A stretch of DNA of 64,000 nt from Nemertoderma westbladi (taxonomy: Eukaryota; Animalia; Xenacoelomorpha): positions 16,300 through 80,299 of the forward strand of contig JAUCBJ010005383.1 in the NCBI GenBank assembly GCA_032718475.1, in the 5' to 3' direction. Position 1 is the stretch's first letter, and the number at the start of each line of letters is the position of its first letter. The notes beneath the pieces were generated by a model. The model was not told where the DNA came from. It searched no databases and was given only the letters and a program-made list of their open reading frames with translations. Positions 1 to 15,690 of this stretch are shown in pieces. A program made the translations under genes and the position numbers.

Positions 1-3000
1 AACACTGTCGTACTTCGAGGATAACGGCACCAACAGATAAACACTGTCGTACTTCGAGGATAACGGCACCAACAGATAAACCCTGTCGCACTTCGAGGAT
101 AACGGCACCAACAGATAAACACTGTCGCACTTCGAGAATAACGGCACCAACAGATAAACACTGTCGTACTTCGAGGATAACGGCACCAACAGATAAACAC
201 TGTCGTACTTCGAGGATAACGGCACCAACAGATAAACACTGTCGTACTTCGAGAATGACGGCACCAACAGATAAACACTGTCGCATTTCAAGAATAACGG
301 CACCAACAGATAAACACTGTCGCACTTCGAGAATAACGGCACCAACAGATAAGCACTGTCGCACTTCGAGAATAATGGCACCAACAGATAAACACTGTCG
401 CACTTCGAGAATAACGGCACCAACAGATAAACACTGTCGTACTTCGAGGATAACGGCACCAACAGATAAACACTGTCGTACTTCGAGGATAACGGCACCA
501 ACAGATAAACACTGTCGCACTTCGAGAATAACGGCACCAACAGATAAACACCGTCACACTTCGAGAATAACGGCACCAACAGATAAACACTGTCGTACTT
601 CGAGGATAACGGCACCAACAGATAAACACTGTCGCACTTCGAGAATAACGGCACCAACAGATAAACACTGTCGTACTTTACTTCGAGGATAACGGCACCA
701 ACAGATAAACACTGTCATACTTCGAGGATAACGGCACCAACAGATAAACACTGTCGCACTTCGAGAATAATGGCACCAACAGATAAACACTGTCGCACTT
801 CGAGAATAACGGCACCAACAGATAAACACTGTCGTACTTCGAGGATAACGGCACCAACAGATAAACACTGTCGTACTTCGAGGATAAAGGCACCAACAGA
901 TAAATACTGTCGTACTTCGAGAATAAAGGCACCAACAGATAAACACTGTCGTACTTCGAGGATAAAGGCAACAACAGATAAACACTGTCGTACTTCGAGG
1001 ATAAAGGCACCAACAGATAAACACTGTCGTACTTCGAGGATAAAGGCACCAACAGATAAACACTGTCGTACTTCGAGGATAAAGGCACCAACAGATAAAC
1101 ACTGTCGTACTTCGAGGATAACGGCACCAACAGATAAACACTGTCGCACTTCGAGAATAACGGCACCAACAGATAAACACTGTCGCACTTCGAGAATAAC
1201 GGCACCAACAGATAAACACTGTCGTACTTTACTTCGAGGATAACGGCACCAACAGATAAACACTGTCATACTTCGAGGATAACAGCACCAACAGATAAAC
1301 ACTGTCGCACTTCGAGGATAACGGCACCAACAGATAAACACTGTCGCACTTCGAGAATAACGGCACCAACAGATAAACACTGTCGTACTTCGAGGATAAC
1401 GGCACCAACAGATAAACACTGTCATACTTCGAGGATAACGGCACCAACAGATAAACACTGTCGCACTTCGAGAATAACGGCACCAACAGATAAACACTGT
1501 CGCATTTCAAGAATAACGGCACCAACAGATAAACACTGTCGCACTTCGAGGATAACGGCACCAACAGATAAACACTGTCGCACTTCGAGAATAACGGCAC
1601 CAACAGATAAACACTGTCGCACTTCGAGAATAACGGCACCAACAGATAAACACTGTCGTACTTCGAGGATAACGGCACCAACAGATAAACACTGTCGTAC
1701 TTCGAGGATAACGGCACCAACAGATAAACACTGTCGCACTTCGAGAATAACGGCACCAACAGATAAACACTGTCACACTTCGAGAATAACGGCACCAACA
1801 GATAAACACTGTCATACTTCGAGGATAACGGCACCAACAGATAAACACTGTCGCACTTCGAGAATAACGGCACCAACAGATAAACACTGTCGTACTTTAC
1901 TTCGAGGATAACGGCACCAACAGATAAACACTGTCATACTTCGAGGATAACGGCACCAACAGATAAACACTGTCGCACTTCGAGGATAACGGCACCAACA
2001 GATAAACACTGTCGCACTTCGAGAATAACGGCACCAACAGATAAACACTGTCGTACTTCGAGGATAACGGCACCAACAGATAAACACTGTCATACTTCGA
2101 GGATAACGGCACCAACAGATAAACACTGTCGCACTTCGAGAATAACGGCACCAACAGATAAACACTGTCGTACTTCGAGGATAACGGCACCAACAGATAA
2201 ACACTGTCGTACTTCGAGGATAACGGCACCAACAGATAAACACTGTCGCACTTCGAGAATAACGGCACCAACAGATAAACACTGTCGTACTTCGAGGATA
2301 ACGGCACCAACAGATAAACACTGTCGTACTTCGAGGATAACGGCACCAACAGATAAACACTGTCGCACTTCGAGGATAAAGGCACCAACAGATAAACACT
2401 GTCGTACTTTACTTCGAGGATAACGGCACCAACAGATAAACACTGTCGTACTTCAAGGATAACGGCGCCAGCAGATAAACACTGTCGTACTTCGAGGATA
2501 ACGGCACCAACAGATAAACACTGTCGTACTTCAAGGATAACGGCACCAACAGATAAACACTGTCGTACTTCGAGGATAACGGCACCAACAGATAAACACT
2601 GTCGCACTTCGAGGATAACGGCACCAACAGATAAACACTGTCGCACTTCGAGGATAACGGCACCAACAGATAAACACTGTCGTACTTCGAGGATAACGGC
2701 ACCAACAGATAAACACTGTCGTACTTCGAGGATAACGGCACCAACAGATAAACCCTGTCGCACTTCGAGGATAACGGCACCAACAGATAAACACTGTCGC
2801 ACTTCGAGAATAACGGCACCAACAGATAAACACTGTCGTACTTCGAGGATAATGGCACCAACAGATAAACACTGTCGTACTTCGAGGATAACGGCACCAA
2901 CAGATAAACACTGTCGTACTTCGAGAATGACGGCACCAACAGATAAACACTGTCGCATTTCAAGAATAACAGCACCAACAGATAAACACTGTCGCACTTC

Positions 3001-6000
3001 GAGAATAACGGCACCAACAGATAAACACTGTCGCACTTCGAGAATAACGGCACCAACAGATAAACACTGTCGCACTTCGAGAATAACGGCACCAACAGAT
3101 AAACACTGTCGTACTTCGAGGATAACGGCACCAACAGATAAACACTGTCGTACTTCGAGGATAACGGCACCAACAGATAAACACTGTCGCACTTCGAGAA
3201 TAACGGCACCAACAGATAAACACTGTCACACTTCGAGAATAACGGCACCAACAGATAAACACTGTCGTACTTCGAGGATAACGGCACCAACAGATAAACA
3301 CTGTCGCACTTCGAGAATAACGGCACCAACAGATAAACACTGTCGTACTTTACTTCGAGGATAACGGCACCAACAGATAAACACTGTCATACTTCAAGGA
3401 TAACGGCACCAACAGATAAATACTGTCGCACTTCGAGAATAATGGCACCAACAGATAAACACTGTCGCACTTCGAGAATAACGGCACCAACAGATAAACA
3501 CTGTCGTACTTCGAGGATACCGGCACCAACAGATAAACACTGTCGTACTTCGAGGATAACGGCACCAACAGATAAACACTGTCGTACTTCGAGGATAACG
3601 GCATCAACAGATAAACACTGTCGTACTTCGAGGAAAAAGGCACCAACAGATAAACACTGTCGCACTTCGAGAATAACGGCACCAACAGATAAACACTGTC
3701 GTACTTCAAGGATAACGGCACCAACAGATAAACACTGTCGCACTTCGAGAATAACGGCACCAACAGATAAACACTGTCGTTCTTCGAGGATAACGGCACC
3801 AACAGATAAACACTGTCGCACTTCGAGAATAACGGCACCAACAAATAAACACTGTCGTACTTCGAGGATAACGGCACCAACAGATAAACACTGTCGCACT
3901 TCGAGAATAACGGCACCAACAGATAAACACTGTCGTACTTCGAGGATAACGGCACCAACAGATAAACACTGTCGTACTTCGAGGATAAAGGCACCAACAG
4001 ATAAACACTGTCGTACTTCGAGGATAAAGGCACCAACAGATAAACACTGTCGTACTTCGAGGATAACGGCACCAACAGATAAACACTGTCGTACTTCGAG
4101 GATAAAGGCACCAGCAGATAAACACTGTCGCACTTCGAGAATAACGGCACCAACAGATAAACACTGTCGTACTTCGAGGATAAAGGCACCAACAGATAAA
4201 CACTGTCGTACTTCGAGGATAAAGGCACCAGCAGATAAACACTGTCGCACTTCAAGAATAACGGCACCAACAGATAAACACTGTCGTACTTCGAGGATAA
4301 AGGCACCAACAGATAAACACTGTCGTACTTCGAGGATAACGGCACCAACAGATAAATACTGTCGTACTTCGAGAATAAAGGCACCAACAGGTAAACACTG
4401 TCGTACTTCGAGGATAAAGGAACCAACAGATAAACACTGTCGTACTTCGAGATAAAGGCACCAACAGATAAACACTGTCGTACTTCGAGGATAAAGGCAC
4501 CAACAGATAAACACTGTCGCACTTCGAGAATAACGGCACCAACAGATAAACACTGTCGTACTTCGAGGATAACGGCACCAACAGATAAACACTGTCGTAC
4601 TTCGAGGATAAAGGCACCAACAGATAAACACTGTCGCACTTCGAGAATAACGGCACCAACAGATAAACACTGTCGTACTTCGAGGATAACGGCACCAACA
4701 GATAAACACTGTTGTACTTCGAGGATAACGGCACCAACAGATAAACACTGTTGTACTTCGAGGATAACGGCACCAACAGATAAACACTGTCGCACTTCGA
4801 GAATAACGGCACCAACAGATAAACACTGTCATACTTCGAGGATAACGGCACCAACAGATAAACACTGTCGTACTTCGAGGATAACGGCACCAACAGATAA
4901 ACACTGTCGCACTTCGAGAGTAACGGCACCAACAGATAAACACTGTCGCACTTCGAGAATAATGGCACCAACAGATAAACACTGTCGTACTTCGAGGATA
5001 ACGGCACCAACAGATAAACACTGTCGTACTTCGAGGATAATGGCACCAACAGATAAACACTGTCGCACTTCGAGAATAAAGGCACCAACAGATAAACACT
5101 GTCGTACTTCGAGGATAACGGCACCAACAGATAAACACTGTCGTACTTCGAGGATAAAGGCACCAACAGATAAACACTGTCGTACTTCGAGGATAACGGC
5201 ACCAACAGATAAACACTGTCGTACTTCGAGGATAACGGCACCAACAGATAAACACTGTCGCACTTCGAGAATAACGGCACCAACAGATAAACACTGTCGT
5301 ACTTCGAGGATAACGGCAGCAACAGATAAACACTGTCGCACTTCGAGAATAATGGCACCAACAGATAAACACTGTCATACTTTACTTCGAGGATAACGGC
5401 ACCAACAGATAAACACTGTCGTACTTTGAGGATAACGGCACCAACAGATAAACACTGTCGCACTTCGAGAATAACGGCACCAACAGATAAACACTGTCGC
5501 ACTTCGAGAATAACGGCGCCAACAGATAAACACTGTCGTACTTCGAGGATAACGGCACCAACAGATAAACACTGTCGTACTTCGAGGATAACGGCACCAA
5601 CAGATAAACACTGTCGTACTTCGAGAATGACGGCACCAACAGATAAACACTGTCGCACTTCGAGAATAACGGCACCAACAGATAAACACTGTCGCCCTTC
5701 GAGAATAATGGCACCAACAGATAAACACTGTCGTACTTCGAGGATAAAGGCACCAACAGATAAACACTGTCGTACTTCGAGGATAAAGGCACCAACAGAT
5801 AAACACTGTCGTACTTCGAGGATAACGGCACCAACAGATAAACACTGTCGCACTTCGAGAATAAAGGCACCAACAGATAAACTCTGTCGTACTTCGAGGA
5901 TAACGGCACCAACAGATAAACACTGTCGTACTTCGAGGATAATGGCACCAACAGATAAACACTGTCGTACTTCGAGGATAACGGCACCAACAGATAAACA

Positions 6001-9000
6001 CTGTCGTACTTCGAGTATAACGGCACCAACAGATAAACACTGTCGTACTTCGAGGATAACGGCACCAACAGATAAACACTGTCGTACTTCGAGGATAACA
6101 GCACCAACAGATAAACACTGTCGTACTTCGAGGATAAAGGCACCAACAGATAAACACTGTCGTACTTCAAGGATAAAGGCACCAACAGATAAACACTGTC
6201 GTACTTCGAGGATAAGGGCACCAACAGATAAACACTGTCGTACTTCGAGGATAAAGGCACCAACAGATAAACACTGTCGCACTTCGAGAATAACCGCACC
6301 AACAGATAAACACTGTCGTACTTCGAGGATAACGGCACCAACAGATAAACACAATCGTACTTCGAGAATAAAGGCACCAACAGATAAACACTGTCGTACT
6401 TCGAGGATAACGGCACAAACACTGTCGTACTTCGAGGATAACGGCACCAACAGATAAACACTGTCATACTTCGAGAATAACGGCACCAACAGATAAACAC
6501 TGTCGTACTTCGAGGATAACGGCACCAACAGATAAACACTATCGTACTTCGAGAATAAAGGCACCAACAGATAAACACTGTCGCACTTCGAGAATAACGG
6601 CACCAACAGATAAACACTGTCGCCCTTCGAGAATAATGGCACCAACAGATAAACACTGTCGTACTTCGAGGATAAAGGCACCAACAGATAAACACTGTCG
6701 TACTTCGAGGATAAAGGCACCAACAGATAAACACTGTCGTACTTCGAGGATAACGGCACCAACAGATAAACACTGTCGCACTTCGAGAATAAAGGCACCA
6801 ACAGATAAACACTGTCGTACTTCGAGGATAACGGCACCAACAGATAAACACTGTCGTACTTCGAGGATAATGGCACCAACAGATAAACACTGTCGTACTT
6901 CGAGGATAACGGCACCAACAGATAAACACTGTCGTACTTCGAGGATAACGGCACCAACAGATAAACACTGTCGTACTTCGAGGATAACGGCACCAACAGA
7001 TAAACACTGTCGTACTTCGAGGATAACGGCACCAACAGATAAACACTGTCGTACTTCGAGGATAAAGGCACCAACAGATAAACACTGTCGTACTTCGAGG
7101 ATAAAGGCACCAACAGATAAACACTGTCGTACTTCGAGGATAAGGGCACCAACAGATAAACACTGTCGTACTTCGAGGATAAAGGCACCAACAGATAAAC
7201 ACTGTCGTACTTCGAGGATAAAGGCACCAACAGATAAACACTGTCGTACTTCGAGGATAAAGGCACCAACAGATAAACACTGTCGTACTTCGAGGATAAC
7301 AGCACCAACAGATAAACACTGTCATACTTCGAGGATAACGGCACCAACAGATAAACACTGTCGCACTTCGAGAATAACGGCACCAACAGATAAACACTGT
7401 CGTACTTCGAGGATAACGGCAGCAACAGATAAACACTGTCGCACTTCGAGAATAATGGCACCAACAGATAAACACTGTCATACTTTACTTCGAGGATAAC
7501 GGCACCAACAGATAAACACTGTCGTACATTGAGGATAACGGCACCAACAGATAAACACTGTCGCACTTCGAGAATAACGGCACCAACAGATAAACACTGT
7601 CGCACTTCGAGAATAACGGCGCCAACAGATAAACACTGTCGTACTTCGAGGATAACGGCACCAACAGATAAACACTGTCGTACTTCGAGGATAACGGCAC
7701 CAACAGATAAACACTGTCGTACTTCGAGAATGACGGCACCAACAGATAAACACTGTCACACTTCGAGAATAACGGCACCAACAGATAAACACTGTCGCCC
7801 TTCGAGAATAATGGCACCAACAGATAAACACTGTCGTACTTCGAGGATAAAGGCACCAACAGATAAACACTGTCGTACTTCGAGGATAATGGCACCAACA
7901 GATAAACACTGTCGTACTTCGAGGATAACGGCACCAACAGATAAACACTGTCGTACTTCGAGTATAACGGCACCAACAGATAAACACTGTCGTACTTTGA
8001 GGATAACGGCACCAACAGATAAACACTGTCGTACTTCGAGGATAACGGCACCAACAGATAAACACTGTCGTACTTCGAGGATAAAGGCACCAACAGATAA
8101 ACACTGTCGTACTTCGAGGATAAAGGCACCAACAGATAAACACTGTCGTACTTCGAGGATAAGGGCACCAACAGATAAACACTGTCGTACTTCGAGGATA
8201 AAGGCACCAACAGATAAACACTGTCGCACTTCGAGAATAACGGCACCAACAGATAAACACTGTCGTACTTCGAGGATAACGGCACCAACAGATAAACACT
8301 ATCGTACTTCGAGAATAAAGGCACCAACAGATAAACACTGTCGTACTTCGAGGATAACGGCACAAACACTGTCGTACTTCGAGGATAACGGCACCAACAG
8401 ATAAACACTGTCATACTTCGAGAATAACGGCACCAACAGATAAACACTGTCGTACTTCGAGGATAACGGCACCAACAGATAAACACTATCGTACTTCGAG
8501 AATAAAGGCACCAACAGATAAACACTGTCGTACTTCGAGGATAACGGCACCAACAGATAAACACTGTCGTACTTCGAGGATAACGGCACCAACAGATAAA
8601 CACTATCGTACTTCGAGAATAAAGGCACCAACAGATGAACACTGTCGTACTTCGAGGATGACGGCACCAACAGATAAACACTGTCGTACTTCGAGGATAA
8701 CGGCACCAACAGATAAACACTGTCATACTTCGAGAATAACGGCACCAACAGATAAACACTGTCGTACTTCGAGGATAACGGCACCAACAGATAAACACTA
8801 TCGTACTTCGAGAATAAAGGCACCAACAGATAAACACTGTCGTACTTCGAGGATAACGGCACCAACAGATAATCACTGTCGTACTTCGAGGATAAAGGCA
8901 CCAACAGATAAACACTGTCGTACTTTGAGGATAACGGCACCAACAGATAAACACTGTCGTACTTCGAGGATAAAGGCACCAACAGATAAACACTGTCGTA

Positions 9001-12000
9001 CTTCGAGGATAAAGGCACCAACAGATAAACACTGTCGTACTTCGAGGATAAAGGCACCAACAGATAAACACTGTCGTACTTCGAGGATAATGGCACCAAC
9101 AGATAAACACTGTCGTACTTCGAGGATAACGGCACCAACAGATAAACACTGTCGTACTTCGAGGATAACGGCACCAACAGATAAACACTGTCGTACTTCA
9201 AGGATAACGGCACCAACAGATAAACACTGTCATACTTCGAGGATAACGGCACCAACAGATAAACACTGTCGTACTTCGAGGATAAAGGCACCAACAGATA
9301 AACACTGTCGTACTTCGAGGATAACGGCACCAACAGATAAACACTGTCGAACTTCGAGGATAAAGGCACCAACAGATAAACACTGTCGTACTTCGAGGAT
9401 AAAGGCACCAACAGATAAACACTGTCGTACTTCGAGGATAATGGCACCAACAGATAAACACTGTCGTACTTCGAGGATAACGGCACCAACAGATAAACAC
9501 TGTCGTACTTCGAGGATAAAGGCACCAACAGATAAACACTGTCGTACTTCGAGGATAAAGGCACCAACAGATAAACACTGTCGTACTTCGAGGATAAAGG
9601 CACCAACGGATAAACACTGTCATACTTCGAGGATAAAGGCACCAACAGATAAACACTGTCGTACTTCGAGGATAACGGCACCAACAGATAAACACTGTCG
9701 CACTTCGAGAATAACGGCACCAACAGATAAACACTGTCGTACTTCGAGGATAACGGCACCAACAGATAAACACTGTCGTACTTCGAGGATAAAGGCACCA
9801 ACAGATAAACACTGTCGTACTTCGAGGATAAAGGCACCAACAGATAAACACTGTCGTACTTCGAGGATAACGGCACCAACAGATAAACACTGTCATACTT
9901 CGAGGATAAAGGCACCAACAGATAAACACTGTCGTACTTCGAGGATAAAGGCACCAACAGATAAACACTGTCGTACTTCGAGGATAACTGCACCAACAGA
10001 TAAACACTGTCGCACTTCGAGAATAACGGCACCAACAGATAAACACTGTCGTACTTCGAGGATAACGGCACCAACAGATAAACACTGTCGTACTTCGAGG
10101 ATAAAGGCACCAACAGATAAACACTGTCGTACTTCGAGGATAAAGGCACCAACAGATAAACACTGTCGTACTTCGAGGATAAAGGCACCAACAGATAAAC
10201 ACTGTCGCACTTCGAGAATAACGGCACCAACAGATAAACACTGTCGTACTTCGAGGATAACGGCACCAACAGATAAACACTATCGTACTTCGAGAATAAA
10301 GGCACCAACAGATAAACACTGTCGTACTTCGAGGATAACGGCACAAACACTGTCGTACTTCGAGGATAACGGCACCAACAGATAAACACTGTCATACTTC
10401 GAGAATAACGGCACCAACAGATAAACACTGTCGTACTTCGAGGATAATGGCACCAACAGATAAACACTATCGTACTTCGAGAATAAAGGCACCAACAGAT
10501 AAACACTGTCGTACTTCGAGGATAACGGCACCAACAGATAAACACTGTCGTACTTCGAGGATAAAGGCACCAACAGATAAACACTGTCGTACTTCGAGGA
10601 TAACGGCACCAACAGATAAACACTGTCGTACTTCGAGGATAAAGGCACCAACAGATAAACACTGTCGTACTTCGAGGATAACGGCACCAACAGATAAACA
10701 CTGTCGAACTTCGAGGATAAAGGCACCAACAGATAAACACTGTCGTACTTCGAGGATAAAGGCACCAACAGATAAACACTGTCGTACTTCGAGGATAATG
10801 GCACCAACAGATAAACACTGTCGTACTTCGAGGATAACGGCACCAACAGATAAACACTGTCGTACTTCGAGGATAAAGGCACCAACAGATAAACACTGTC
10901 GTACTTCGAGGATAAAGGCACCAACAGATAAACACTGTCGTACTTCGAGGATAAAGGCACCAACGGATAAACACTGTCATACTTCGAGGATAAAGGCACC
11001 AACAGATAAACACTGTCGTACTTCGAGGATAACGGCACCAACAGATAAACACTGTCGCACTTCGAGAATAACGGCACCAACAGATAAACACTGTCGTACT
11101 TCGAGGATAACGGCACCAACAGATAAACACTGTCGTACTTCGAGGATAAAGGCACCAACGGATAAACACTGTCGTACTTCGAGGATAAAGGCACCAACAG
11201 ATAAACACTGTCGTACTTCGAGGATAACGGCACCAACAGATAAACACTGTCGTACTTCGAGGATAAAGGCACCAACAGATAAACACTGTCGTACTTCGAG
11301 GATAAAGGCACCAACAGATAAACACTGTCGTACTTCGAGGATAACGGCACCAACAGATAAACACTGTCGCACTTCGAGAATAACGGCACCAACAGATAAA
11401 CACTGTCGTACTTCGAGGATAACGGCACCAACAGATAAACACTGTCGTACTTCGAGGATAAAGGCACCAACAGATAAACACTGTCGTACTTCGAGGATAA
11501 AGGCACCAACAGATAAACACTGTCGTACTTCGAGGATAAAGGCACCAACAGATAAACACTGTCGCACTTCGAGAATAACGGCACCAACAGATAAACACTG
11601 TCGTACTTCGAGGATAACGGCACCAACAGATAAACACTATCGTACTTCGAGAATAAAGGCACCAACAGATAAACACTGTCGTACTTCGAGGATAACGGCA
11701 CAAACACTGTCGTACTTCGAGGATAACGGCACCAACAGATAAACACTGTCATACTTCGAGAATAACGGCACCAACAGATAAACACTGTCGTACTTCGAGG
11801 ACAATGGCACCAACAGATAAACACTATCGTACTTCGAGAATAAAGGCACCAACAGATAAACACTGTCGTACTTCGAGGATAACGGCACCAACAGATAAAC
11901 ACTGTCGTACTTCGAGGATAAAGGCACCAACAGATAAACACTGTCGTACTTCGAGGATAACGGCACCAACAGATAAACACTGTCGTACTTCGAGGATAAA

Positions 12001-13209
12001 GGCACCAACAGATAAACACTGTCGTACTTCGAGGATAAAGGCACCAACAGATAAACACTGTCGTACTTCGAGGATAAAGGCACCAACAGATAAACACTGT
12101 CGTACTTCGAGGATAATGGCACCAACAGATAAACACTGTCGTACTTCGAGGATAACGGCACCAACAGATAAACACTGTCGTACTTCGAGGATAACGGCAC
12201 CAACAGATAAACACTGTCGTACTTCAAGGATAACGGCACCAACAGATAAACACTGTCGTACTTCGAGGATAACGGCACCAACAGATAAACACTGTCGTAC
12301 TTCGAGGATAAAGGCACCAACAGATAAACACTGTCGTACTTCGAGGATAACGGCACCAACAGATAAACACTGTCGAACTTCGAGGATAAAGGCACCAACA
12401 GATAAACACTGTCGTACTTCGAGGATAAAGGCACCAACAGATAAACACTGTCGTACTTCGAGGATAATGGCACCAACAGATAAACACTGTCGTACTTCGA
12501 GGATAACGGCACCAACAGATAAACACTGTCGTACTTCGAGGATAAAGGCACCAACAGATAAACACTGTCGTACTTCGAGGATAAAGGCACCAACAGATAA
12601 ACACTGTCGTACTTCGAGGATAAAGGCACCAACGGATAAACACTGTCGTACTTCGAGGATAAAGGCACCAACAGATAAACACTGTCGTACTTCGAGGATA
12701 ACGGCACCAACAGATAAACACTGTCGCACTTCGAGAATAACGGCACCAACAGATAAACACTGTCGTACTTCGAGGATAACGGCACCAACAGATAAACACT
12801 GTCGTACTTCGAGGATAAAGGCACCAACGGATAAACACTGTCGTACTTCGAGGATAAAGGCACCAACAGATAAACACTGTCGTACTTCGAGGATAATGGC
12901 ACCAACAGATAAACACTGTCGTACTTCGAGGATAAAGGCACCAACAGATAAACACTGTCGTACTTCGAGGATAAAGGCACCAACAGATAAACACTGTCGT
13001 ACTTCGAGGATAACGGCACCAACAGATAAACACTGTCGCACTTCGAGAATAACGACACCAACAGATAAACACTGTCGTACTTCGGGGATAACGGCACCAA
13101 CAGATAAACACTGTCATACTTCGAGGATAAAGGCACCAACAGATAAACACTGTCGTACTTCGAGGATAACGGCACCAACAGATAAACACTGTCGTACTTC
13201 GAGGATAAC
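1..13209. repeat. 39-bp minisatellite array, ~340 copies, truncated by the window start
   Basis: Unit AACACTGTCGTACTTCGAGGATAACGGCACCAACAGATA repeats head-to-tail until ...GAGGATAAC|AATTGC at ~13209. It produces the 13-aa periodic ORFs in several frames. Confidence 0.99.
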
Positions 13210-13691
13210 AATTGCTAAAAACAAATTGCACTTCCTCTTTTCCAATTGGATCTACACAAATCGTCCTTTTAAATGTCTTAAATCTTACCTATGGATTTAA
13301 GTTCTGTGGATTCTATTTCAATTCTTGATTATTATCGCTGGTTACTATTTTATTAAAAGAACAGGCTGTACATTCTATTCTGTTTAAAATCTTACAAATA
13401 AACTCAACTACTATTACAGTAAGTAGTATGTTATGTTACAGCTGTAATTAGGATTAGGCTGCTGGTGGTAGTGGTGTTGGTAAGATTCTCTTCACATACT
13501 GCTGTATTGCATATGGGTTTTACCTTTACTATTGCATACAATTTTCGTTTACTGAACTTTTACTTACCTTGTTGGTGTATCCTTCTTTGTTTTGTTTAAT
13601 CAGTGGATGGCTTGCTTTCCATGGTGTTCTCTAACCAATGCAGTTCGTATGGCGCTGTAGAATTTCCTGTTATATACAGTGAGTGAATATA

Positions 13692-15055
13692 ATGGGAAGT
13701 GTGTTTGGCACATTTGTCATATCAAAGAAGATTGAAGACACTAATGATGACGACATAGAAAATATATATGACGTCACGAAACCAACGCTGGCAGACACAG
13801 ATGATTCTTCTATTTCGGGTGATCTAAAAGGACGGCGACGCCTAGGTCTAGTATACCTACCAATCAGTGTGTTTGCGGAAGGTGTTCTAGTTGGCGTGAT
13901 CCCATACACCATAGCTGTCTCCAACGACCATGTAACACCTCTCTGGCCCTTCGTCAGCGGTGTCGGAGCTCAGTTGCCGGAGAGCGCGGTATTCGGAACG
14001 CTATTGGCCATATCGGCTGTATTGTTAGTCACTACTGGTTGGGTTCGATATAAACAAATCTTATTAGATTACCACATAAACTTATCCAACACACAACGTT
14101 TCATTAATAAAGTGAGATTTTACATATTATTATTATTAATATTAATTTAATATTCGTAATGAATTGAGATAAACTTCTCCACACATTTGAGAGGAAACTT
14201 ACAATAATAGCGGTTACCAAAAACTAAGTAATAAGTCAAAACTAAATGATTACTTTCTACAATACTATAAGCAATTGTATTTTAAGAATATCTCAGGCAT
14301 TTCTCGTTCCGTAAAATTGAAAAATGGTTTTCAAATTCGGAATAAAATGTAGTTGATGACGTTATAATTATATTTTACTCAACTTAAAAATATAGCCGTC
14401 GCCAGTAAGGTAAGTATTATTAAATATACATTTTTTAACTTCTATGTCGTATTAAATCGAAAAATGATAAATCATGCATTTAGATGACACTTTCTTTTAA
14501 TAGCCGGTATAAATTTCAATTTCCGAATAACATTATTACATACTGTAAGTCATAATCTAGCACGTTTTTTTTATAAAAGTTTAATATATGAATTATATTT
14601 CATCCGTTTTTTTAACTTTACAGAGCGCACTGATTTTATCAATATTAATGGGGATGGGTTCAATTCTTGTTGCTGCATTCCCAACTTCCAGCACACCCGC
14701 GATGCACACATTCGGAGCCGTGTTATTGTCCATTGTTAGTGTCATGAACGGCGGCATTCAGACTGTCGGGTTGCCTTCTCCGAACCGGGCTACAACTATT
14801 GTGCGAGTGGCAATAACCTTCATCTATACACTAGCTGGCTTATTGACCGTTTTGTTTACGATATTGTCATTGGGGATTTTGAATGACTGGAACAATGGAA
14901 CCGACCCGCTGCTATGGCAACGAGACTGGCCTGGTTATACAGAACATGTGACTGCAGCAGTAGCTGAGTGGATATTCGCACTCGGTGTGCTTTCGTTTTG
15001 GTTAACATTTGCACCAGAATTTAATAAAATTCACATTGAATATTTTCGGTCTTGA
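13692..15055 (+). CDS. DRAM: DRAM/Frag1/Sfk1-family (DRAM2/TMEM150-like) multi-pass membrane protein, 2 exons, ~283 aa
   Basis: Exon 13692-14111 (AAA|GTGAGA) joins exon 14624-15055 (TTTACAG|AGC) in phase 0. The product has HVTPLWPFVSGVGAQLPESAVFG, WVRYKQI, FINK|SALILSIL..LVAAF..MHTFGAVL and GYTEHVTAAVAEWI..FWLTFAPEFNKI, matching DRAM motifs PYISDTG..PE..FG, VRYKQ, H..GA.L, S...EW and F..EF..I. An upstream exon cannot be excluded. Confidence 0.88.
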
Positions 15056-15690
15056 AGAAATATATGAAACTGACCAAGGAGTTTCCTATAATCATGGTGG
15101 TGGTTTGTTGCTTCCAAAATACATGATGTGAAAAATACAATAGCCGAGATATGTCTATTCGAAAGTTGCATGTTTGTTTCCTCTGTATACCATTTTATGA
15201 TATTTAATAAATGCTCCATATTCTGGAACATTTGGTTTGCATTATATGTAGCTGGGCAACTAACAACAACCTATAATAATAATACTAGTATATGGATATT
15301 CATACAAAAATGTTCTAGAACTTTATTAAATCGCCTGCAGCGGAAGCAAATATACATGCAACATTCGAATTCCCATATCTCAGCTAATTCCTAACCAAAT
15401 TCAAATGGTTTTACAAATTTGGAATGCTGCATGGCCAGCTTTCCATCACTATAATAAAGTTGAAGAATAACTGCAGTACGACTGGTGCAATATCCACGGT
15501 GGCAACTTTAACACGCTTGGAGCTAGCTAAAGAATGAAAACGAAAATAAAAATTCTAACTCATCCAGTCACACCACCCCCCCCCCCCCCCCCCCCCCATC
15601 ATAACAGTTCGTATTAACCGTATTAACCTGTCTGTACTATACTACTACTACGATTGGCATACTGCATTGCAGCTACATTATATATATTAC

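Noticed and set aside
255-13300. Many long ORFs (APTDKHCRTSRIT, VFICWCRYPRSTT and similar)
   Set aside because: A 39-bp unit is a multiple of 3 and is open in several frames on both strands, with frequent frameshifting indels and no unique coding context.
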